Origin: Mycobacteriales bacterium
Lineage (GTDB): Bacteria > Actinomycetota > Actinomycetes > Mycobacteriales > SCTD01
Assembly (NCBI GenBank): GCA_040902655.1
Contig: JBBDWV010000040.1
Location: 6,300-70,299, forward strand
DNA length: 64,000 bases
Reading direction: 5' to 3'
In this document: positions 53,162-61,471 of the stretch, one piece after another
Numbering within the stretch: position 1 is the first letter of the stretch
Layout: the number at the start of each line of letters is the position of its first letter
Position numbers and translations under genes: made by a program
The notes under the pieces: model-generated
What the model saw: only the letters and a program-made list of their open reading frames with translations
Database searches by the model: none
Told to the model about the DNA's origin: nothing

Positions 53162-54388
53162 ATGGCCCACGTGGTTGCTGAACGCTCGAACGGGGGAGGG
53201 TCGGTGCGGCTGTCCACAGCGGTGCCCGGCCTGCCGCCGGGGTCCTACCAGGAGCTGGAACGGCTGGAATGGCGCCCGGGGGATGCCGGTGAGCCGGCCG
53301 ACCTGCTCGCCGACCTGCTCGCCGAGCACGGGCTGGACGGGCCGGCCGGGGGTGGGTCGACCGGGGGTGGGCCGGCCGGGCGCGGGCGCGGGACGGTCGT
53401 CGCGCTGCTGCTCGGCGCGAACGGCTGCGCCCGGTTGGCCGGACTGCCGGCGGGGCCGGCCTCGCCGGTGCCCGCTGTCCCCGAGCTGGTGGCGGTCGCG
53501 CTGCGGGCCGGCGACACGACCCTGTACGGGCCGCAGCCCGGCGGCGACACCCCCTACCTGCCGCAGCCGCCGCGGGTGGGGGAGTGGGCGAGCTCCTGGA
53601 CCGATCCGGAGCATGCCGCGGCGGTCGAGACCGTGCGCGCGGCAATCGCCCGCGGCGAGGTCTACCAGGCCAACGTGGTCGGCCACCGCAGCGCCGGGCA
53701 CAGCAGCGACCCCCGCGACGTCGCAGCCGCCGTGGCCGGCCTGCCCGGTGCCACCTACGGCGGCACGCTGAGCGGTCAGGGGTGGGCGGTCGGCTGCGCG
53801 TCGCCGGAACAGCTGGTGCGGGTGGCCGGCGACCGGATCAGCACGGTCCCGATCAAGGGGACGCTGCGGGTGGCCCCGGGCGCGCAGGCTGCGCTGCGGG
53901 CCAGCAGCAAGGACCGTGCGGAGCACGTGATGATCGTCGACCTCGAGCGCAACGACCTGTCGCGGGTGGCCGTCACCGGCAGCGTCGAGGTCGAGGAGCT
54001 CTACGCCCTGACGACCTGGGCCGGGCTCTGGCACGCCAGCTCCACGGTCGCGGCGCGGTTGCGCCCGGACGTGACGGTGCTCGACGTGCTCCGGGCGCTG
54101 GTGCCGGGCGGCTCGGTGACCGGTGCGCCCAAGCGGGCGGCGTGCGCTCTGCTGGCCGACCTCGAGCCGGTGGGGCGGGGTCCGGCGATGGGCGCGCTGG
54201 GCGTCGTGACCGCGACCGGGTTGGAGCTCGGGCTGACCATCCGGACCGTCGGGGTGGACCACGACCGGGTCCACCTGTGGGCCGGCGGCGGCATCACCTG
54301 GGGCAGCGACGCGGCGGCCGAGGTCGAGGAGGCGCACGCCAAGGCCGGCCCCGTGCTGCGGACCCTGTCGGCCGCTGCGTCATGCTGA
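53162..54388 (+). CDS. chorismate-binding enzyme (aminodeoxychorismate/anthranilate synthase component I family)
   Basis: GEVYQANV, SPEQLVRV, PIKGT, KDRAEHVMIVDLERNDL, PGGSVTGAPK, GPAMGALG, AGGGI. Start uncertain (ATG 53162; the track ORF starts at 53129). Confidence 0.8.
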   Translation: MAHVVAERSNGGGSVRLSTAVPGLPPGSYQELERLEWRPGDAGEPADLLADLLAEHGLDGPAGGGSTGGGPAGRGRGTVVALLLGANGCARLAGLPAGPASPVPAVPELVAVALRAGDTTLYGPQPGGDTPYLPQPPRVGEWASSWTDPEHAAAVETVRAAIARGEVYQANVVGHRSAGHSSDPRDVAAAVAGLPGATYGGTLSGQGWAVGCASPEQLVRVAGDRISTVPIKGTLRVAPGAQAALRASSKDRAEHVMIVDLERNDLSRVAVTGSVEVEELYALTTWAGLWHASSTVAARLRPDVTVLDVLRALVPGGSVTGAPKRAACALLADLEPVGRGPAMGALGVVTATGLELGLTIRTVGVDHDRVHLWAGGGITWGSDAAAEVEEAHAKAGPVLRTLSAAASC

Positions 54389-54428
54389 GCGCGGCCCAGC
54401 GCGCTCCAGCGAGCATGACGCAACGAGC

Positions 54429-54911
54429 TCAGGTGCGGCCCTCCTGCTCCTGGGCCTCGTGCAGCACCGGCTCCTGGCCCATCCACCTCGCCCGCAGCAC
54501 CGGGAGGCCGGCCGCCTCGTAGGCGTCGCAGACCTGCGGGTCGTCGTCGACGGCCACCGCGACGGTGCGGTCGGCGGCCAGCCGGCGCAGCAGGTCGAGT
54601 TTGGCCACCCGCGCCGGACGGCGGTCGTGCGGCCGCCGCATCGACAGCCGCCCCTGCGGCAGCCCGTGCTCGGTGAACCAGGCGAGGGTGTCCGCCCGGC
54701 ACTGCTCGGGGCGGCCGGTGACGTAGACGACCTCGCACTCCTTCGCGCTCTCGCGGGCCAGCGCGACGCCCTGCGCCAGCGGCGGGTCGTCCACGGCGGC
54801 GGCGAAGAAGCCGTCCCAGTCCTTGGGTCGCCGTTCGACGAAGTGCAGCCGGTGCCGGACGTCGGCGAGCACACCGTCGACGTCGAAGACGGCCAGCGGG
54901 GGAGTGCTCAT
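54429..54911 (-). CDS. HAD-superfamily phosphatase (polynucleotide-kinase-3'-phosphatase-like small HAD)
   Basis: 160 aa. FDVDGVLAD (DxDG nucleophile motif), VYVTGRP and AVDDD. ATGA overlap with the upstream HTTM gene. Confidence 0.7.
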   Translation of the reverse strand: MSTPPLAVFDVDGVLADVRHRLHFVERRPKDWDGFFAAAVDDPPLAQGVALARESAKECEVVYVTGRPEQCRADTLAWFTEHGLPQGRLSMRRPHDRRPARVAKLDLLRRLAADRTVAVAVDDDPQVCDAYEAAGLPVLRARWMGQEPVLHEAQEQEGRT

Positions 54912-55744
54912 GGGGGAACCGGTTCCCGGATCGGACCGGCCAGACGCTCGAGCGGCAGGAACGACAGCAGCGCCACGACGTGCGGCAGGAAGATGATCGT
55001 GACCGTGGCGAACGTCAGGAGATGGAAGCCGAGGAAGCCCAGCGCCAGCAGCCAGGTGACGCGGGGGGTGCGCCAGCGCACCAGCAGCAGGGGGGCGACC
55101 GCCAGCTCGAGCAGCAGCAACCCGTACTGCGCCGCGTGCAGCACCCGCGGCACCTCCAGCAGCGGCTCGGACAACGGCGTGTTGCGGCGCAGCACCGCCC
55201 GGGTCAGGGTCGCGCCGTCGACCCAGTCCCAGCCACCGAAACGGATCTTGGCGACGGCGGCGAGGGTGTAGGTGGCCACGACGGCCAGCGCGGTGACCTG
55301 CAGCGCCCAGCCGGCGGCCGCCGAGCGCCCGCCCGGGCGCAGCGGTGCCACCCCCACGCTCGGCAGCACGAACAGCAGCACCAGGAAGGCGAACCGGTCG
55401 TGGTCGACCTTGCCGTAACTCATCGCCACGACCATCCACTCGAGGTAGAGGACCGCGACCAGCCAGCCGGTCGTTCGCGGCAACCGGTCGCGGGCCGCGG
55501 CCAGTGCGGCGACCAGTGCCGCGCCGACCAGGACGAGTTGGAGGATCTCCACCCACGGTCCGGGCGCAGGCAGGTGCAGCAGCCGCCCGATCCGCAGCGG
55601 GACGTACAGCTCGGCCGGGACCTGCGCGTGCGCACGCACCCACGGTGTCGTCACCAGCACGTCCACCGGGACGAACAGGTAGGCGATCAGCCGCAGGACG
55701 GCGATCCGGGCCAGGGGAGCGGGGCAGAACAGCCACCCGCTCAC
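54908..55744 (-). CDS. HTTM-domain (vitamin K-dependent gamma-carboxylase-like / SdpB-like) integral membrane protein
   Basis: Polytopic. The opening ARIAVLRLIAYLFVPVDVL and later DHDRFAFLVLL fit the HTTM pattern as I recall it. GTGA overlap (55741-55744) with the upstream small gene. Confidence 0.65.
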   Translation of the reverse strand: MSGWLFCPAPLARIAVLRLIAYLFVPVDVLVTTPWVRAHAQVPAELYVPLRIGRLLHLPAPGPWVEILQLVLVGAALVAALAAARDRLPRTTGWLVAVLYLEWMVVAMSYGKVDHDRFAFLVLLFVLPSVGVAPLRPGGRSAAAGWALQVTALAVVATYTLAAVAKIRFGGWDWVDGATLTRAVLRRNTPLSEPLLEVPRVLHAAQYGLLLLELAVAPLLLVRWRTPRVTWLLALGFLGFHLLTFATVTIIFLPHVVALLSFLPLERLAGPIREPVPP

Positions 55745-56172
55745 GGGCGCTGCCACCGTACGAGGGTGCGCTCGGCCGGTCGGCCGGTCGGCCGGCTGTC
55801 GCGCAGCCGGTAGCGCCGCTGCACCACCCGTACCTCGGTGTAGGGCGGCTCCTGCGGGCGGAGCCGGTCGTGGGCGCGCGAGAGGGCGCCGAGCAGCTCG
55901 GGGTCGGCCAGGAACCGGTCGACCTGCCCCTCGACCTCGGCGCGCCGGAGCCCGGTGGCTCGTTCGTCGACGACCCGCAGCCGGCCGGTGGCGTCCCGCG
56001 CCTCGACCCGGGTGCTGGTGACCGTGCCGTCCGGGGCGTCGCGGGTGGCGTACATCCGGAAGGGACCGAACGGGAAGTCGTCGTCCTGCCCGACCAGGGT
56101 GCCGGCCAGCGTGAGCGCCACCAGCAGGAGGACCACCACGGCACGGACCCGGCGGCCGGCCCTCGTCAGCAC
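55741..56172 (-). CDS. small N-terminally anchored extracytoplasmic protein (first gene of the HTTM operon)
   Basis: 143 aa. The single TM helix VVVLLLVALTLAGTLVG is followed by FPFGPFRMYAT... Family not recognised. Confidence 0.5.
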   Translation of the reverse strand: MLTRAGRRVRAVVVLLLVALTLAGTLVGQDDDFPFGPFRMYATRDAPDGTVTSTRVEARDATGRLRVVDERATGLRRAEVEGQVDRFLADPELLGALSRAHDRLRPQEPPYTEVRVVQRRYRLRDSRPTGRPAERTLVRWQRP

Positions 56173-56264
56173 CTCCGGAGAGTAACCATCATGTCCAGCT
56201 CAGTTACTCAAGGTGACAAAGCATCGCGACGAAGGGACAGCATCCCCCAAACAGAGGCAATGAC

Positions 56265-56831
56265 ATGCAGCTTCGCTCACTGTCGGTAGCGGTACTCGCC
56301 GCGATCCTGCTCGTGCCGGTCAGCGGCACCGCCGCCCATGCCCTCGGAACCTCCTCGGTCTCCACCGTGCAGAGCACCTTCAAGAACTCCGCGGTGCAGA
56401 AGGCCAAGCGGTCGGCGTGGGCCAGCAGGGTGCCGCAGACCGGGGCGGTGACCGCGCCGACGCCCGTCGCCAGCTACGCCGACCGGGTGCTGACCCTCAC
56501 CAACCGTGAGCGCACCAGCCGCGGCCTGCGCGCCCTGTCCTTCTCCGGATGCGCCGACGGCTACGCCGACAGCTGGGCCCGTTCGCTGGCCAAGGCGGGG
56601 GTCCTGTCCCACCAGCCGCTCGCGCCGATCCTGACCGCCTGCCGCGCCCGCGCCGTGGGCGAGAACGTCGCCTACGGCAACCACACCCCGGAGCAGCTCG
56701 TCCAGCGATGGATGGCCTCGCCCGGCCACCGGGCGAACATCCTCACCGCGGGCTTCACCCACCTGGGCGTCGGCGACGTCACGACCTCCACCGGCCGCGT
56801 CTATGCCGTCCAGGTGTTCCTCACCCTGTAG
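56265..56831 (+). CDS. secreted CAP (SCP/PR-1-like) domain protein
   Basis: Signal peptide MQLRSLSVAVLAAILLVPVSGTAAHA. CAP motifs NRERTSRGLRAL, GENVAY and ASPGHRANIL. Confidence 0.8.
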   Translation: MQLRSLSVAVLAAILLVPVSGTAAHALGTSSVSTVQSTFKNSAVQKAKRSAWASRVPQTGAVTAPTPVASYADRVLTLTNRERTSRGLRALSFSGCADGYADSWARSLAKAGVLSHQPLAPILTACRARAVGENVAYGNHTPEQLVQRWMASPGHRANILTAGFTHLGVGDVTTSTGRVYAVQVFLTL

Positions 56832-56877
56832 CCGCGCCGGCGACCAGCGGGGGGCGCCCTCGAGGCTGCACGCTTTG

Positions 56878-56905
56878 ACTTGACATAATGTGGATTATCG
56901 GCGGC
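56878..56905 (-). other. dif: dif (XerC/XerD chromosome dimer resolution site)
   Basis: The minus strand reads GCCGCCGATAA-TCCACA-TTATGTCAAGT. Compared with E. coli dif (GGTGCGCATAA-TGTATA-TTATGTTAAAT) it matches at 19/28 positions, including the inner palindromic ATAA/TTAT arms and the XerD arm. It also fits the actinobacterial consensus I remember (..CCGATAAT..ACATTATGTCAAGT). It is an AT-rich island in a convergent intergenic region, at the point where gene orientation switches. Confidence 0.75.
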
Positions 56906-57015
56906 AGCCGACGATCCTCCTGTGCTTGAGCGCGCGAGCGCGCCGGCGGACTGCAGGAAGCGGCGGCGATCCAGGTGCATGCAGCCGGATTCGCTCCCGG
57001 ACAGCCTGCTCCTGC

Positions 57016-58515
57016 CTAGGACGTCCTGAGCGCTTCCTCGATCTGCGCGTCGGCCTGCTCGAGCGCGTCCTCGAGGCGCTGACCCGCGCCTGGCGCGTCG
57101 CCCTCGACGGCGGCGACCGCCCGGGACACCTCGATCATGGTCTCGCGCTCGACCACCTTCACCCGCTCGCGGATCCGCTCGTCCGGCAGCGGCCCGTACG
57201 CCGCGCCGAGAGCCAGCTCGTGGGCGTCCAGCAGCTGCCAGCCGTCCCACGTCGTGTAGGCGATCCCCCGCGACATGAGGAACTCCGTCACCGCCTCGCG
57301 CGACGGCTCGGACGCCTCGGGCATCGTCGGCAGGTCCTCGAGCAGCGAGCCGATCGTCTCGATCGCGTCGCCCTTGGTGTGGCCGATCAGGCCGACCGGG
57401 CCGCGCTTGACCCAGCCGTTGACATAGACGCCGGGGATCGGTGCGCCGTCCAGGTGCAGCACCCGCCCCGCGGCGTGCGGCACCACGTGGTTACGGCTGT
57501 CCCAGGGCAGCCCGGGCAGCTCGGTGGAGCGGTAGCCGACGCAGCGGTAGACCGCCTGCACCGGCCAGTCCCGAAACTCCCCGGTCCCCTGCACGCTGCC
57601 GTCGCCGGTCAGCTCGGTCCGCTCGGTGCGGAAGCCCTCCACCGTGCCGTCGCCGAGCACCTCCACGGGCGACTCGAAGAAGTGCAGCCAGAGCTTGCGC
57701 GGCCGGTCCCCCTCGCCCTTGTCGGCGGTGCGCATCGCGTACTTCTCCAGCTCGCGGACCACGAGCTTGGTCTGGTTGTCGGAGTTGATCGCAGCCACGG
57801 ACCCGTCGTCGTACTCGATGTCCTCGGGGTTGACCAGGACCTCGACGTTCGGGCTGTGGTCGAGCTCGCGCAGCTCCAGGGGGGTGAACTTCGCCTGCGC
57901 CGGGCCGCGCCGGGCGAAGACGTGCACCTCCTCGACCGGCGAGGCCGCAAGACCCCGGTAGACGTTGTCCGGGATCTCGGTGACCAGCAGCTCGTCAGCC
58001 GTCTTGGACAGCATCCGCGCGACGTCGAGCCCGACATTGCCGGCCCCCACGACGGCGATCGAGCGCGCCTCGAGCGGCCACTCGCGCGGCACGTCCGGGT
58101 GCCCGTCGAACCACGACACGAACTCCGCGCCGCCGAAGCTGCCGGCCTTGTCGATGCCGGGGACCTCCAGGTCGCGGTCCTTCTCGGCGCCGGTCGTGAA
58201 CACCACCGCGTCGTAGTAGCGGCGCAGGTCGTCGAGCTTGATGTCCACGCCGTACTCGACGTTGCCGAACAGGTGGACCTGTGGCTTGCTCAACACCTGG
58301 TGCAGCGCCTTGACGATGCCCTTGATGCGCGGGTGGTCCGGCGCGACGCCGTAGCGGATCAACCCGAACGGTGCGGGCTGCCGCTCGTACAGGTCGATCG
58401 AGACGGGGGTGTCGGACTTCATCAGCACGTCGGCGGCGTAGATGCCGGCCGGTCCGGCGCCGACGATCGCCACCCTCAGCGGGCGGTCCTCGGTCCCTGG
58501 GCGTGCCACGAGCAC
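57016..58515 (-). CDS. fprA: NADPH-ferredoxin reductase (FprA-like)
   Basis: RVAIVGAGPAGIYAADVL, GLIRYGVAPDHP and VVGAGNVGLDVARML. 499 aa with an acidic C-terminal extension. Confidence 0.88.
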   Translation of the reverse strand: MLVARPGTEDRPLRVAIVGAGPAGIYAADVLMKSDTPVSIDLYERQPAPFGLIRYGVAPDHPRIKGIVKALHQVLSKPQVHLFGNVEYGVDIKLDDLRRYYDAVVFTTGAEKDRDLEVPGIDKAGSFGGAEFVSWFDGHPDVPREWPLEARSIAVVGAGNVGLDVARMLSKTADELLVTEIPDNVYRGLAASPVEEVHVFARRGPAQAKFTPLELRELDHSPNVEVLVNPEDIEYDDGSVAAINSDNQTKLVVRELEKYAMRTADKGEGDRPRKLWLHFFESPVEVLGDGTVEGFRTERTELTGDGSVQGTGEFRDWPVQAVYRCVGYRSTELPGLPWDSRNHVVPHAAGRVLHLDGAPIPGVYVNGWVKRGPVGLIGHTKGDAIETIGSLLEDLPTMPEASEPSREAVTEFLMSRGIAYTTWDGWQLLDAHELALGAAYGPLPDERIRERVKVVERETMIEVSRAVAAVEGDAPGAGQRLEDALEQADAQIEEALRTS

Positions 58516-58612
58516 TCCTTGCCGTCGATGATGGTCCGTCCCCCCGCAGAACGCGGGCCGGCCACTGCATTGTTCCGTACGGGTCGGCTGTGACGTCCGC
58601 CACGACGGCGGT

Positions 58613-59164
58613 TCAGAACAGACCGCTCAGCAGGACCGTGCCGAGCACCGCGAACAGCCCTGCCGTGCCGAGCCGCACGGCGCGTGCGGGCAGCCGGCTG
58701 AACAGGGTCCTACCCACCAGGACCGCGAGCGCATCGGCGAGCACGAACCCGGTCACCCCGCCCAGCCAGGTGAGCAGCGGGCCCTCACGGGCGGCCAGCG
58801 CCGCGGTGGCCAGCATCGTCTTGTCGCCCAACTCGGCCACCAGCACCGCCCCGAACGACAACAGCACCGTGGCGACCGGCCGGCCCGGGCCGAGCGGTCC
58901 GTCGTCGTCGCGCCGCCACGCCAGCAGCGCGGCCAGCCAGAAGCCCAGGCCGGCCACGAGCAGGACCGTCGAGGCAGAGACGGCGGAGGCCAGCGCCGCG
59001 CCGACTCCGGCGGAAAGCCCCTGCAGCACCACCGCGACCAGCGCCAGGCCGAGCAGCACCTGGCCGGCCGGCCGACGGGCCGCCAGCGTCAGGGCCAGCA
59101 ACTGGCTCTTGTCGCCGAACTCGGCGACGAAGACCACGCCGAGGGCGAGCAGGAAGATCGACAC
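58613..59164 (-). CDS. GDT1/TMEM165 (UPF0016) family cation (Mn2+/Ca2+) transporter
   Basis: Two E-x-G-D-K-(T/S) motifs (AEFGDKSQ and AELGDKTM) in an internally duplicated 6-TM protein. GTG start at 59164. Confidence 0.82.
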   Translation of the reverse strand: MSIFLLALGVVFVAEFGDKSQLLALTLAARRPAGQVLLGLALVAVVLQGLSAGVGAALASAVSASTVLLVAGLGFWLAALLAWRRDDDGPLGPGRPVATVLLSFGAVLVAELGDKTMLATAALAAREGPLLTWLGGVTGFVLADALAVLVGRTLFSRLPARAVRLGTAGLFAVLGTVLLSGLF

Positions 59165-59230
59165 GTTCCCCGTCCCGGCCGGGACGGTTGCGGCAAACGC
59201 CTCCGGCCCGGCAGCTTCGCTGCCAAGGAC

Positions 59231-59344
59231 CGAAGGTCTCGCCCGCCCGGCTCCTGCGTGCAGGACGGCCGGACCCGGCTGACCGGGCACACCCGGGGGC
59301 GCACCAGCATGTCGACCAACCGGTGAGGGGGCTACTCCCCTTCG
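59231..59344 (-). ncRNA. candidate yybP-ykoY (Mn2+) riboswitch aptamer
   Basis: The minus strand reads CGAAGG-GGAGTAG-CC...CTCACCGGTTGGTCGACATGC...GAGA-CCTTCG. It carries the hallmark GGGGAGUAG box, a GACAUG element and the 3' GAGACC. The ends CGAAGG/CCTTCG are complementary (P1). It lies in the 5' leader of a UPF0016 transporter gene. Downstream hairpins GGCAGC-gaa-GCTGCC and CGTCCCGGCCGGGACG abut the SD/GTG. Not verified with a covariance model. Confidence 0.5.
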
Positions 59345-59375
59345 TCGTACGAGCAGCAGCGTACCAACCGAGGAG

Positions 59376-60413
59376 TCAGCCGAGGCGGACCAGCCGCACC
59401 GACGGGGTCGCGTAGACCCGCCGCACCACCACCCGGCCGTGCGTCTGGGAGGCATCGGCCATGTAGCCCCAGCCGAGGTAGACGCCGAGATGGGTGGCCG
59501 GCTGGTTGTAGACGACGACGTCACCGATGCGGGCCTCGGCCAGCGCAACCGGCGTGCTGCGCTGCACCAGGGCCTGACGGTCGTGCGGCAGCGGCCTGCC
59601 GCCGGCGTGCTTCCAGGCGGTGGCGACCAGCGAGACGTCGTTCCAGCCCGTGGGCCCGGCGGGGCGGCCGGCGACGCCGACGGCCTTGGCGTTGGCGGCG
59701 GCCCGAAGGGCGACCGGGCTCGAGGGGGAACGCTGCACGCCCGGCAGGCCCTGGAGCGGCGTCAGTCCGCCGCCGGCCGGCTTGGGTGCGGCCGCCGGCT
59801 GGGGTGCGGCCGGCCTGGGTGCCGCGGGTCGGGGAGCGGCCGCCGCAGCCTCCGGCGAGTCCGCGACGGGGGCGCTGCTCGCCGGCGCCGGCAGCGGCGG
59901 GGGTGTCCACGGCCGGACCTTCGGCATCCCGGGCCGCGGCACCCGCCCGTACCGCACGACGCCGGTGTTCCAGATCAGGCGCTGCACGACCGCGCCGCGG
60001 GACTCGCCGGCGTCGATCATGTAGCCGCCACCGGACACGATGCCGACGTGCGTCACCGGGTGGCCGAAGAAGACCAGGTCGCCCCGCAGCAACTGCTCGG
60101 GCGGGACCGGAACGGCCCAGGCCTGCTGGTCGCGGGAGACACGCGGCATGTCCTTGGCGCCCCCGACCGTGCGCCACAGCGAGGTCAGCCCGGAGCAGTC
60201 CCAGCGGTCCGGGCCGTTGCCGCCCCACTGGTAGGGGTCGCCGAGCTGGTTGCGGGCGACGTGCAGCACGTCCGCCGCGGCCTGGTCGGGGGCACCGTCC
60301 AGCGGCACCCGGGAGCTGCTGGCGTGGAAGGTCGTGGTCGCCGCGAGCGCCAGGCAGGCCAGTACGAGACCGGCCGCGCGCCGCCGGGGTCCGGAACATC
60401 CGACGGGCCGCAC
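59376..60413 (-). CDS. secreted NlpC/P60 peptidoglycan hydrolase with a second, Cys-less NlpC/P60-like domain
   Basis: Signal peptide. Domain 1 is GDPYQWGGNGPDRWDCSGL...VTHVGIV. A Pro/Ala-rich linker (PAAPRPAAPQPAAAPKPA) follows. Domain 2 has WNDVSLVATAW in place of DCSG, but keeps ATHLGVYLG. Confidence 0.85.
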   Translation of the reverse strand: MRPVGCSGPRRRAAGLVLACLALAATTTFHASSSRVPLDGAPDQAAADVLHVARNQLGDPYQWGGNGPDRWDCSGLTSLWRTVGGAKDMPRVSRDQQAWAVPVPPEQLLRGDLVFFGHPVTHVGIVSGGGYMIDAGESRGAVVQRLIWNTGVVRYGRVPRPGMPKVRPWTPPPLPAPASSAPVADSPEAAAAAPRPAAPRPAAPQPAAAPKPAGGGLTPLQGLPGVQRSPSSPVALRAAANAKAVGVAGRPAGPTGWNDVSLVATAWKHAGGRPLPHDRQALVQRSTPVALAEARIGDVVVYNQPATHLGVYLGWGYMADASQTHGRVVVRRVYATPSVRLVRLG

Positions 60414-60495
60414 GGCGCGCCTCCTGGTGTTGAAGTGACAGATGATGTAGCGCTCCTCGGCAACGTAGACCTTCGGCCTGAGTCGCGCAGCCGCT

Positions 60496-60942
60496 TCAGC
60501 TGTCGCTGTCGGGCTCCTGCAGCGCCTGCACCCCCAGGGCGACGGCAGCCGCGGCCACCGCCAGCACGGTGCCGCCGGCCCGGCGGGCGACGCGGCCCCG
60601 GGCCAGGGCGCCGCCGATGGCGAGCACGTCCGCGGCGTCGCAGAACGTGCCGACCGCCAGCCAGCTGCGGGCCGTCCGGCGATCGGGGCTGCGCAGCGCG
60701 ACCAGCGTGCCGAGGCCCAGGGCCAGCTCGCGGGCGCCGAGCATCTGGACCGCCCAACCGAGCCGGGCGCTGGTGGCCGAGTCGACCCCCAGCAGTTGCG
60801 GCAGCGTGCGTGGCCGGACGGTGAGCACGAGCCCGGCTCCGGCCCGGCCGAGCGCGAGACGGCGCGGCGACCCCCAGCCGATCACCGCCCGTACGGCGGA
60901 GGAACGCGCGGTCGGGGCAGCGGGGCGGATGAGCAGCGGCAC
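60496..60942 (-). CDS. hypothetical membrane protein
   Basis: GTG 60942 lies 6 nt after GAGGAGG. 148 aa with 3-4 hydrophobic segments. Family not recognised. Confidence 0.45.
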   Translation of the reverse strand: MPLLIRPAAPTARSSAVRAVIGWGSPRRLALGRAGAGLVLTVRPRTLPQLLGVDSATSARLGWAVQMLGARELALGLGTLVALRSPDRRTARSWLAVGTFCDAADVLAIGGALARGRVARRAGGTVLAVAAAAVALGVQALQEPDSDS

Positions 60943-61057
60943 GGAAGGCCTCCTCGACGTCGGCGGGGCGCGCAGAGGTGTCCGCGGCGCCCGGTCCGGG
61001 AATCCTCCCGGGCGTCTGCACGTTGGCACAGCAGACGCCCTGACCCAGGAGGCACCC

Positions 61058-61444
61058 ATGAGCGACCGAGTTCTGCGAGGCACCCGCCTCGGCGCCGTGA
61101 GCTACGAGAGTGACCGGCACACCGAGTTCGCGCCGCGCTCACGGACTGCCTACGACTGCCCGGACGCGCACGCGACGGAGGTCCCGTTCGCGGCCGAGGC
61201 GGAGATCCCCTCGATCTGGGAGTGCCGCGTGTGCGGGGCGCCGGCGTTGCTCCGCGACGGCGCCCAGCCCGAGGAGAAGAAGGGCAAGCCGGCCCGTACG
61301 CACTGGGACATGCTGCTCGAGCGTCGCTCCCCGGCCGAGCTCGAGGAGGTGCTGGCCGAGCGGCTGGCCGTCCTGCACGAGCACCAGGGCAAGGTGAAGG
61401 CCGCGCTCAAGAGCGAGCGCGCCAAGGAGCGCAAGAGCGCCTAG
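61058..61444 (+). CDS. rbpA: RNA polymerase-binding protein RbpA
   Basis: MSDRVLRGTRLGAVSYESDR...EVPFAAEAEIPSIWECR.CG...KKGKPARTHWDMLLERRS..ELEEVLAERL closely follows RbpA as I recall it. Confidence 0.92.
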   Translation: MSDRVLRGTRLGAVSYESDRHTEFAPRSRTAYDCPDAHATEVPFAAEAEIPSIWECRVCGAPALLRDGAQPEEKKGKPARTHWDMLLERRSPAELEEVLAERLAVLHEHQGKVKAALKSERAKERKSA

Positions 61445-61471
61445 TCGGCGGGTGCAGTTCGCCGTCGCCGG

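Noticed and set aside
56875-56899. TTGACTTGACATAATGTGGATTATC read as an orphan sigma-70-type promoter (TTGACA ... TAAT) for a small RNA
   Set aside because: The -35/-10 spacing does not work for any hexamer pair. The same sequence on the other strand is a full-length 11-6-11 dif site, which explains the AT-rich island better.
56890-58593. 567-aa plus-strand ORF downstream of dif
   Set aside because: It is antisense to the fprA-like gene, which has clear dinucleotide-binding motifs. The plus-strand translation is Arg/Leu/Asp/Val-rich with no motifs.
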